From contig CANRVH010000002.1 of NCBI GenBank assembly GCA_947643225.1, forward strand, positions 9,628 to 73,627: 64,000 nt of DNA. The letters run 5' to 3'. The DNA comes from an uncultured Clostridia bacterium (lineage in GTDB: Bacteria; Bacillota_I; Bacilli_A; RF39; UBA660). The notes beneath the pieces are model-generated. The model saw nothing but the letters and a program-made list of their open reading frames with translations, made no database searches and had not been told where the DNA came from. Positions 1-7,053 of the stretch are shown piece by piece; positions within the stretch are counted from its first letter, which is position 1, and every line of letters starts with the position of its first letter. Made by a program: the position numbers and the translations under genes.

Positions 1-1743
1 TCTATTAGTAAAATTCCTTTTAATGGACCAGTTGCTGGAGTAAAAGTAGGTTATGTAAATAAAAAATATATCATTAATCCAACTCCAGAAGAATTAGAAA
101 ACTCTCTAATCGATTTAACTGTAGCAGGAACGAAAGAGGCTATTAATATGGTCGAATCAAGTGCCCATGAAGCCAGTGAAGAAATAATGTTAAAAGCCTT
201 AGAAAAAGGGCATAAAGCAATCAAAGAATTAATTGAATTTGAACAAGATATCATCAAAGAAATTGGTGAAGAAAAAATGGAATATGAACATCTAGAAATA
301 TCAGAACAGTTAAGAGAAGAAATCGATCATTTAGTGGCCACTCGTCTAAATAAGGCGCTACGTATTAAAGAAAAATTAGAAATGCACAAAGAAGTAGATG
401 CCATCAAGGAAGAAATAGAAGAAAAATATAAAGAAGAATTTGACTCAAAAATAAAAGAAGAAGAATTAATGCAACTTCTAACCAAAGTTCGTATAGTATT
501 AGATGATATAGAATACCTCGAATTCCGAAAAATTGTAGTAAACGAACATATTCGTGCAGATGGCCGAAAAATGGATGAAATAAGACCACTTTCAACAGAT
601 ATTGATATTCTACCAAGAACACATGGGTCAGCGTTATTTACTAGAGGAGAAACACAAAGTTTATCAATTACCACTTTAGGTGCTTTAGGAGAACATCAAA
701 TATTAGATGGATTAGAGATAGAAGATCAAAAAAGATTTATGTTACATTATAATTTTCCTCAATTCTCAGTTGGGGAAACGGGAAGATATGGAGCTCCTGG
801 ACGTCGTGAAATAGGCCATGGTGCCCTAGGAGAAAAAGCCTTAAAAGAAGTTCTTCCAACAGAAGAAGAATTCCCCTATACCATAAGAGTAGTATCAGAA
901 ATTTTAGAAAGCAATGGTTCATCCTCACAAGCTAGTATTTGTGCAGGATGTATGTCTTTAATGGCAGCAGGGGTTCCTATAAAAGCACCTGTTGCAGGAA
1001 TTGCGATGGGCTTAATTACCTCACCTGATGAAAAAAATTATACGATCTTAACCGATATACAAGGAATGGAAGATCATTTAGGAGATATGGATTTTAAAGT
1101 AGCAGGAACAAAAAATGGAATTTGTGCTCTTCAAATGGATATTAAAATAAAGGGAATAACTAAAAAAATCTTAGAAGAGGCACTAGAACAGGCAAAAAAA
1201 GCCCGTGAACAGATACTAGATGTTATAACAAAACAAATTAAAGAACCTAGAAAAGAAGTATCAAAATATGCTCCAAAGACTTTAACTTTTACCATTAATC
1301 CAAATAAAATAAAAGATGTAATTGGAAAAGGTGGAGAAATGATTACAAAAATCATTTGCGAAGCCTCTAATGTAACTGAAGTAAATAATATCAATGCAGT
1401 TAAAGTAGACTTAGAAGATGATGGACGTGTCATTATTTATCATACAGACCAAGAAATACTAGAAAAAACAAGAAAAATGATCGAGGATGTAGTACGTGAA
1501 GTAGAAGAAGGAAAAACTTATACAGCGAAAGTGATCAAAGTAGAAGATTTTGGTTGTTTTGTAGAAATTTGGCCTGGTTGTGAGGGATTAGTTCATATCT
1601 CCCAACTATCCGATAAAAGAGTAGAAAAATGCAGTGATATTGTAAAATTAGGTGATGAAATTATAGTCAAATCTCTAGGTGTAGATAAAAAGGGTAGATT
1701 AAACTTTTCTAGGAAAGAAGCATTAACAAAAACAAAAAAATAA
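1..1743 (+). CDS. pnp: polynucleotide phosphorylase (PNPase), 5'-truncated at window edge
   Basis: Frame 1 is open from nt 1 (SISKIPFNGPVAG...). It carries the RNase PH-like second core domain (RPLSTDIDILPRTHGSALFTRGETQ), a KH region (GKGGEMITKI) and an S1 domain (AKVIKVEDFGCFVEIWPGCEGLVHISQL). Stop TAA at 1741-1743. Confidence 0.9.
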   Translation, partial: SISKIPFNGPVAGVKVGYVNKKYIINPTPEELENSLIDLTVAGTKEAINMVESSAHEASEEIMLKALEKGHKAIKELIEFEQDIIKEIGEEKMEYEHLEISEQLREEIDHLVATRLNKALRIKEKLEMHKEVDAIKEEIEEKYKEEFDSKIKEEELMQLLTKVRIVLDDIEYLEFRKIVVNEHIRADGRKMDEIRPLSTDIDILPRTHGSALFTRGETQSLSITTLGALGEHQILDGLEIEDQKRFMLHYNFPQFSVGETGRYGAPGRREIGHGALGEKALKEVLPTEEEFPYTIRVVSEILESNGSSSQASICAGCMSLMAAGVPIKAPVAGIAMGLITSPDEKNYTILTDIQGMEDHLGDMDFKVAGTKNGICALQMDIKIKGITKKILEEALEQAKKAREQILDVITKQIKEPRKEVSKYAPKTLTFTINPNKIKDVIGKGGEMITKIICEASNVTEVNNINAVKVDLEDDGRVIIYHTDQEILEKTRKMIEDVVREVEEGKTYTAKVIKVEDFGCFVEIWPGCEGLVHISQLSDKRVEKCSDIVKLGDEIIVKSLGVDKKGRLNFSRKEALTKTKK

Positions 1744-1772
1744 AAGAAAGAAAAAGAGAAAAGGGATTAACA

Positions 1773-2477
1773 ATGAAAAAGGGATTAAAAATAATCATTT
1801 CAATAATAATCATTATACTTTTAGTTTATATTGGTTATAGAAATATCAATCTAAGAAAAATTGCAAGTACAAATTTAATTAAAGATGAACAAACCTCTTC
1901 CTTATATCATAGAATTTTACCAAATACAGTAAAAGGAGAATGGATAAACTGTTACTATAGTAATAAATCTCTAACAACAGAAGAAATTCCAAAGGAAATA
2001 AAATATAATATAGCTTACAAAAACACTAATAGTAGTGATAATAAAATAGCAGAAGAAAAAATGAAAAATTCCTATGAACGCATTTTTGGTGCCAATACAT
2101 ATCAAGCAGTCGAAAATTTTATTGGCGGGTGTAACACTTATACATATGATAAAAATACAAGAAGTTACAATAAAACAACAAATGAAATTTGTAAACCATC
2201 TAATATTTATATTTTATCAAAAATAGTAGATGCAAACATGACAGAGGATACTATGGAAATAACAGTAGTAATTGCTTATTTAGATAAAATAAAAAAAATA
2301 GTTTATAACAATTGTAATAAAGATCTAAGCATATGTAGTGACATATTAGAAAGTTCATTTAATGAGTTTGATGAAGCAAATTTAGATCCAAAAAAGTATA
2401 ATTTATCAAAATATAAATTTACATATAAGATGGTTAATGATGAATATTATTTTAAATCAGTTAAGAAGGCAAAATAG
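1773..2477 (+). CDS. hypothetical membrane-anchored protein (single N-terminal TM, Cys-containing extracytoplasmic domain)
   Basis: 234-aa ORF with GGA-rich RBS. Hydrophobic N-terminus IIISIIIIILLVYIGY. No recognisable catalytic motif. Confidence 0.5.
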   Translation: MKKGLKIIISIIIIILLVYIGYRNINLRKIASTNLIKDEQTSSLYHRILPNTVKGEWINCYYSNKSLTTEEIPKEIKYNIAYKNTNSSDNKIAEEKMKNSYERIFGANTYQAVENFIGGCNTYTYDKNTRSYNKTTNEICKPSNIYILSKIVDANMTEDTMEITVVIAYLDKIKKIVYNNCNKDLSICSDILESSFNEFDEANLDPKKYNLSKYKFTYKMVNDEYYFKSVKKAK

Positions 2478-2538
2478 ACTTCTTTTTTTTGTATTAAATT
2501 TCTTCCTTCCTTCATAAACTTTAACAAAGGAGAAATTT

Positions 2539-3126
2539 ATGAATATAGAAGAATATCGTAGAAAAAGAAACAAAAATATCCAAAAAAATAGTAAATTCAA
2601 AAAATATGTAACAGGTCTAATTAGTAGAGTATTAGTAACAATCATTCTTTTTTTAGTTACTTTAATTATGACAAAAAATAATGCCTCATTAAAAGATCTA
2701 ATTAATAAAAATGTATATACAAAAAATTTCAAATTCACAAAAGCAAGAAACATATATAATAAATATTTTGGTAAGCATTTTGCTCAACCAAAAGAAGTAT
2801 CACAAGTCTTCTCCGAAAAGATTAATTATACAAAAAGTAATCTTTATAAAGATGGAGTAAAATTAACAGTAGCCTCCAATTATCTAGTCCCTGCCATAGA
2901 AAGTGGAATAGTAGTATTCATAGGAGATAAAGAAGGGTATGGGAACACTCTAATTATAGAACAAATAGATGGAGTAGAGGTTTGGTATTCCAACATCGAG
3001 ATAAAAGATGTAAAGATGTATGATTATGTTGAAAAAGGATCTTTAATTGGAGAAGTAATAGATAAGAATCTATATTTATTATTTCAAAAAGATGGAAAGT
3101 ATTTAAACTATAAAGAATATCTCTAA
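2539..3126 (+). CDS. M23/LytM-domain protein, SpoIVFA-like (degenerate peptidase M23 C-terminal domain)
   Basis: N-terminal TM segment. C-terminal GYGNTLIIEQIDGVEVWYSNIE...YVEKGSLIGEV matches the M23 fold signature. It lies directly upstream of, and overlaps, an M50 SpoIVFB-like gene, as spoIVFA does in Bacillus. Confidence 0.55.
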   Translation: MNIEEYRRKRNKNIQKNSKFKKYVTGLISRVLVTIILFLVTLIMTKNNASLKDLINKNVYTKNFKFTKARNIYNKYFGKHFAQPKEVSQVFSEKINYTKSNLYKDGVKLTVASNYLVPAIESGIVVFIGDKEGYGNTLIIEQIDGVEVWYSNIEIKDVKMYDYVEKGSLIGEVIDKNLYLLFQKDGKYLNYKEYL

Positions 3127-3232
3127 TTACATCTATATTAGTCCATTAACGATTCTTTTTGCTTTTACTTCTGTCCTAATAGGGGCCTTCCTACCTTTTT
3201 TAATAATTTCAATTTTAATATCTATTCATGAA

Positions 3233-3871
3233 ATGGGACACTTCTTAACAGCCAAATATTATCAATTTGATATCGACAAAATCTACTTTTATCCTTATGG
3301 GGGAATATCAAAATTTAATTTAAAAATGAATGTTAGTCTCAAAAAGGAATTAATAGTTCTGCTTATGGGACCAATATTTCAAATTATAGCATATTTAATA
3401 TTAATCAATATAGATTTCTTTATAAATGACAAGTTACTAATCAAATCAGTTCACTATTCAATTTTAGCTTTTAACCTATTACCAATATATCCATTAGATG
3501 GGGGAAAGTTATTAAATATTTTCTTAAATTATAGGTTTAACTTTCAATTAAGTATGAAAATAGTAATTTTTTTATCCTATTTTGTTGTTTTCATTTTGTT
3601 TATTTATTTTTTTAAAACAGAATTTAGCCTAAATATAGTGTTAATGTTATGCTTTTTACTTTATAAAATAAAAGTAGAAAACAACAAAAGAAATTTTTAT
3701 TATGATAAATTCTTGTTAGAACGGTACTTGAATAATTACAGTTTTAAAAAAAAGAAAAAAGTCGCTTCTATAAATCACTTATATAGAGATAGATCACATC
3801 TTATAAAAGGGAAGAATAGATACTATACAGAAAAAGAAATACTTACTAAAAAATTTTCCCAAAAATATTGA
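3233..3871 (+). CDS. spoIVFB: site-2 protease, M50 family, SpoIVFB-like (pro-sigma-K processing protease-like); true start probably upstream, non-canonical
   Basis: HEMGH is at the very start of the ATG-ORF. NLLPIYPLDGGKLL and FLLERY motifs match B. subtilis SpoIVFB. The same frame is open upstream to 3107 and encodes the expected TM1 (LTILFAFTSVLIGAFLPFLIISILISIHEMGH), but has no ATG/GTG/TTG. Confidence 0.75.
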   Translation: MGHFLTAKYYQFDIDKIYFYPYGGISKFNLKMNVSLKKELIVLLMGPIFQIIAYLILINIDFFINDKLLIKSVHYSILAFNLLPIYPLDGGKLLNIFLNYRFNFQLSMKIVIFLSYFVVFILFIYFFKTEFSLNIVLMLCFLLYKIKVENNKRNFYYDKFLLERYLNNYSFKKKKKVASINHLYRDRSHLIKGKNRYYTEKEILTKKFSQKY

Positions 3872-3897
3872 CAGAAAAAATAATACTATGCTATAAT
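3868..3897 (+). promoter_or_regulatory. sigma-A-type promoter for tRNA-Ala (TTGACA-N18-TGcTATAAT)
   Basis: TTGACA at 3868-3873. Extended -10 TGCTATAAT at 3889-3897, about 33 nt upstream of the tRNA 5' end. Confidence 0.6.
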
Positions 3898-3929
3898 CAA
3901 TTTACTGGTTAAATAAATCAGTATTAAAT

Positions 3930-4005
3930 GGGGCATTAGCTCAGCTGGGAGAGCGTCACGTTTGCACCGTGAAGGTCAGCGGTTCGATCCCGCTATGCTC
4001 CACCA
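3930..4005 (+). tRNA. tRNA-Ala (anticodon TGC)
   Basis: Cloverleaf folded by hand. Acceptor GGGGCAT/ATGCTCC; D arm GCTC..GAGC; anticodon stem TCACG/CGTGA with loop TTTGCAC; T arm GGTTCGATCC; encoded CCA. Confidence 0.9.
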
Positions 4006-4115
4006 GATTGATAGGAAACTCGAACTTTTCGAGTATTAAGTAAAACGACTTGTCAAAAAGTCGTTTTTATGATATTATGAATATGTCAAGGAAACTTGCA
4101 TAAAATAAAAAAGGG
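4006..4115 (+). repeat. tRNA-adjacent ~110-bp repeat module, copy A (hairpin ACTCGAA..TTCGAGT; terminator-like hairpin AAAACGACTtgtcaaaaAGTCGTTTTT; conserved core ATATGTCAAGGAAACTTGCATAAAATAAAAAAGG)
   Basis: Near-identical to 49627-49738 (after tRNA-Arg) and to the inverted copy at 51873-51988. Starts at the first base after the tRNA CCA. Confidence 0.8.
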
Positions 4116-4205
4116 GAATACTTAACGCTCCAATGTTGAGTACTCGCCACTAATTTGTGTAAGCACTTAATTTACTGAATGTAAATTGAGTGCTTTTCTC
4201 TTATT
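4103..4205 (+). ncRNA. putative small antisense RNA (candidate type I antitoxin) A; convergent with peptide gene 4214-4297
   Basis: TTGCAT -35-like in the module core. Ends in an intrinsic terminator (GCACTTAATTTACtgaatgTAAATTGAGTGC + TTTTCTC, 4165-4203). No ORF. Its 3' end abuts or overlaps the 3' end of the minus-strand peptide gene. Boundaries are approximate. Confidence 0.3.
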
Positions 4206-4213
4206 ATAGATTA

Positions 4214-4297
4214 CTACTTTACTAAAGTAAAAAGTAAGGCTATGAGTAAGATGATAATTAAAATAAGAGATGAGATTAAAAAATCTTTCTTATGCAT
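4214..4297 (-). CDS. 27-aa hydrophobic peptide MHKKDFLISSLILIIILLIALLFTLVK (candidate type I toxin, Fst/SprA1-like)
   Basis: Hand-translated minus-strand ORF with RBS AGGAGG 8 nt upstream of ATG. Paralogous to the peptide at 51710-51793 (MNKKDFLIFALVIIIFLLLLLLFITLI). Not in the ORF track because it is under 60 aa. Confidence 0.5.
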   Translation of the reverse strand: MHKKDFLISSLILIIILLIALLFTLVK

Positions 4298-4420
4298 ATC
4301 ATCAGCCTCCTTTCTTACGAAAGTTGGCAAGCATTCAACTGCTAATATATTCCCTAAGTAAATTATAGCAAGAGATTTGCTGTATAACAATATGATTGAC
4401 TAAATTTTGTCAATTTAATA

Positions 4421-4458
4421 AAAAACACGCTTGTATATTGCCAAATCAATATACATTA
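4421..4458 (+). promoter_or_regulatory. conserved promoter/operator motif copy 1 (AAACACgCTTGtATATTGcCAAATCAATATACATTA), upstream of the DUF1653 pseudogene
   Basis: One of four copies of a ~30-bp motif. It contains the dyad ATATTG-N6/7-CAATAT and lies between -35-like and -10-like hexamers. Confidence 0.45.
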
Positions 4459-4480
4459 ACTAAAGAAAGGAAACAATATT

Positions 4481-4732
4481 ATGAATGAAATACAAGTAAA
4501 CAAGATTTATAAGCATTTTAAGGGGAAATTCATTAGAGTCGTATGTGTAGGACTTGATGCAGAAACAAAAAAAGAAATGGTAGCAATCGAAGAACTAGAG
4601 GAATCAGAAGGATATCCAAAAGGTCAAATATGATTTAGAGATAAAAGTGATTTTTTTAAAGAAGTTGATCATGAAAAATATCCAGATATAAAGCAAAAAT
4701 ACAGATTTGAGTTACAGGATGATATAAATTAG
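4481..4732 (+). pseudogene. DUF1653-family gene with in-frame TGA at the conserved Trp position
   Basis: Translates MNEIQVNKIYKHFKGKFIRV...GYPKGQI*FRDKSDFFKEV...KQKYRFELQDDIN. The stop aligns with W in the intact paralog at 8352-8576 (..NSPLWVRPYSLFLDEV..RFELQ). Good RBS. Confidence 0.6.
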
Positions 4733-4860
4733 TTGTTAAACGTCCTCTCTTATGGCACCCTATAGATAGGAAACTTGAACTTTTAATGTTTCGAGTTTTA
4801 ATATGCTTAAATTTATGATAAAATATCTATAGAAATCTAATTGATTTATGTCAATTTAGT

Positions 4861-4896
4861 AAACACACTTGCATATTGTCAAAATCAATATACATT
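4861..4896 (+). promoter_or_regulatory. conserved promoter/operator motif copy 2, upstream of the NUDIX gene
   Basis: AAACACACTTGCATATTGTCAAAATCAATATACATTA. The dyad ATATTG-N7-CAATAT ends ~16 nt before the GGAGG RBS. Confidence 0.45.
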
Positions 4897-4911
4897 ATTT
4901 GGAGGATAGTT

Positions 4912-5379
4912 ATGGAATATATAAAAATGATGCGAAAATATGTAGGACATTCGCCAATCATGATATGTGCTTGTGGATGTTTGATATTTAACGACAAAGG
5001 TCAAGTCTTGCTTCAGAAAAGATCTGATGATGGTTTATGGGGAAATCCAGGAGGTTCTATGGATTTAGGAGAAACTATATATGAAACCATTATTAGAGAA
5101 ATAAAAGAAGAAACAAATTTGCATATTAAAAAGGAAAATTTAAAAGTATTCAATATATATTCAGGAGAAGAACAACACCATATTTATCCTAATAAAGATG
5201 AAGTTTATTTTGTTAATATTATATTTGAAACTCACATTTACAATGGGGAAATAGTAAGCGATTTTGAGAGTTATGAATTAAAGTTTTTTGATCTTGATAA
5301 ATTACCATCTAATATCACTAAACCATTTGAGTCGGTGTCAAAAGATTTAAAAGAAAGAATACAAAATAGTGATATATAA
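4912..5379 (+). CDS. NUDIX hydrolase
   Basis: NUDIX box GGSMDLGETIYETIIREIKEETNL (GX5EX7REUXEEXGU). ATG at 4912 follows GGAGG; the track ORF at 4876 probably over-extends into the promoter. Confidence 0.75.
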   Translation: MEYIKMMRKYVGHSPIMICACGCLIFNDKGQVLLQKRSDDGLWGNPGGSMDLGETIYETIIREIKEETNLHIKKENLKVFNIYSGEEQHHIYPNKDEVYFVNIIFETHIYNGEIVSDFESYELKFFDLDKLPSNITKPFESVSKDLKERIQNSDI

Positions 5380-5625
5380 AATTTGTTGTACGTCCTCTCT
5401 TAGGACACCATAGGGAAATTAGCCGAACTAATTCGACTTTCAAAATATAAAGGTTAATTTTGGTTAATCTTGGTTAATCTTTTTTGTTAGTTTTGAAAGG
5501 AGTTTGATTAATTATGCAGACAGTAAAAGAAAAAATGAGTAAACCAAAGAAAAATATAATATTTGATTGCTAAATTATAATTAGGAAAATGATATAAAGT
5601 AGAAATTTATGGAAATGGTGGGAAT

Positions 5626-6177
5626 ATGACAATGATACAGGTAATAAAAAAAATAGATTCTTCCTTATTAGAAAATCAGTCTATAATGGAATATTTAAAA
5701 CAATTTAAAAAATACAAAATAGTAAATGAAGATATAGAAATAGACAATGGTGAAATAAATATATTATCCGAAAATGAGTTAATAAAAATAATATATATAA
5801 GGATTAGTGGGGGTAAATGGTGGAGTATATATAGATATCATTCAGATGGTACGAAATATGAACAGATAGATTCAATATTATTTGATGAAGTCAATGAAAA
5901 TGGATACAATAGAGTCATTAAATTTTCAGGACATATGGAAGATGATAATTATTCTTACATAACTTGTTCTTGTTTTTCGTATTTAGATAACGAGTTTATA
6001 AGAAGTTGGAAAAAAACTAGAGTAGTTCCTATACAAAATTTATATGAAATCCAATATTCTAAAGATATGAATTTAACAGAACTTATTTGTATGACTGATG
6101 CTATAAGTAATAATATTATAAGAAAAGAGGATCAAAAAGATACAAAAACATTAGTTTTAAAATTGGAAAAATTATAA
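5626..6177 (+). CDS. hypothetical protein (183 aa), islet cargo
   Basis: Clean ORF with RBS GGTGGGAAT. No recognisable motif. Confidence 0.4.
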   Translation: MTMIQVIKKIDSSLLENQSIMEYLKQFKKYKIVNEDIEIDNGEINILSENELIKIIYIRISGGKWWSIYRYHSDGTKYEQIDSILFDEVNENGYNRVIKFSGHMEDDNYSYITCSCFSYLDNEFIRSWKKTRVVPIQNLYEIQYSKDMNLTELICMTDAISNNIIRKEDQKDTKTLVLKLEKL

Positions 6178-6440
6178 TTATTAGGAATTGTTAATTAATT
6201 CTATTTCAAAAGTATAGTTAATTTTAAGTGATTTTTTATAAGTTCTTAAATGTCGTTATAACCTTTGTTTATAAGAGTTTACGACATTTTTATTTTTGGA
6301 AGATGTTCACATATATTTTTATAATTTCTTATATTTTTGCTTTCAAAAGTAGTAAATCAGTAGTAAAATAACTTAAAAATTTTACATGTACATCTTAAAA
6401 TAAAGCATTTTAATCAAAAACTAAACTTTTATAGGTAATA

Positions 6441-6629
6441 AATCTGCAATTGCATTAGATTATGTAGAAAATTTAGGGTATTTTATAGAAATAGAAGTTA
6501 AAAATTATGATGAGAGTGCTACGAACGAATATGATAAATTACTTAAACTAGCAAAAAAGTTAAGATTAAATTTAGATAACATTGATAAAAGAGGATATCC
6601 TTATCATCTTATTTATAATTCTAAATAAG
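6441..6629 (+). pseudogene. 3' fragment of an XRE-HTH::CYTH paralog (CYTH C-terminal remnant)
   Basis: Translates ..NKSAIALDYVENLGYFIEIEVKNYDESATNEYDKLLKLAKKLRLNLDNIDKRGYPYHLIYNSK*. About 90% identical to the C-terminus of the minus-strand gene 50733-51485. An upstream in-frame stop means only the last ~60 codons remain. Confidence 0.7.
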
Positions 6630-6673
6630 ATTTAAGAAACTACATAAGAAATGAAATGCACCCATTAGGATAG

Positions 6674-6937
6674 ACATTTAATAAAAAAGGCATTGAATTA
6701 ATAAGAAATAAAATAGATTCAGAAGAATTAAAAACGATAGGAAGATTAAAGAAAATCAGTTTTACAAGAGAAAGAAAAATGGGATTTACGAAACTAATGA
6801 AATATGTTCTAAATAAGAAAGGGCTAACTACGAGCATAGAAATAAATAATTCTTATAACGATATCAATGAAGAAGAAAATATATTCAATCAGTCATTATT
6901 AGACCAAGAGTTAAAATTAAATCCAGAGATTTTTTAA
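6674..6937 (+). pseudogene. possible transposase-like N-terminal fragment (no start, preceded by in-frame TAG)
   Basis: Open frame ..EMHPLG*TFNKKGIELIRNKIDSEELKTIGRLKKISFTRERKMGFTKLMKYVLNKKGLTTSIEI... reminiscent of IS4-type transposase N-termini (SFTRxRKLxF..L). Truncated after ~90 codons. The family assignment is uncertain. Confidence 0.25.
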
Positions 6938-7053
6938 ACATTAAATCGAGATTATATGTAGTTTTATAGAACAAGCCAAGAAAGTTTCCCTCAAAAAAGA
7001 TTCGCAAAATAAAAACACTTAATAATTTAAGTGTTTCAAAAAAGAGTCTAAAA

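Noticed and set aside
51-1433. Antisense ORFs inside pnp (51-257, 327-674, 404-622, 737-928, 1131-1433, minus strand)
   Set aside because: They are fully embedded in a strongly supported PNPase frame. Their sequences are low-complexity Leu/Ile/Ser-rich, typical of AT-rich antisense frames, and they have no RBS.
4097-4102. Exact promoter assignment (-35/-10 and TSS) for the module-core driven small RNAs
   Set aside because: Several overlapping hexamer combinations fit about equally well (TTGCAT forward, TTGACAT reverse). Without transcript mapping the strand and TSS cannot be fixed, so only approximate ncRNA boundaries are reported.
4631-4633. Possibility that the organism uses UGA=Trp (Mollicutes/translation table 4), prompted by TGA at a conserved Trp codon in the DUF1653 gene and by the low GC
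   Set aside because: TGG Trp codons are frequent throughout (for example WW encoded tggtgg at 5816-5821). All housekeeping ORFs are full-length under the standard code. Many genes would be fragmented if TGA were sense. The other in-frame stops in the window are TAA and TAG, so a single reassigned codon does not explain them.
5453-5487. Tandem 10-bp repeats considered as a CRISPR or iteron array
   Set aside because: There are only three copies of a 10-mer with no spacers and no cas genes. It is too short to be CRISPR; it is kept as a minor repeat observation.
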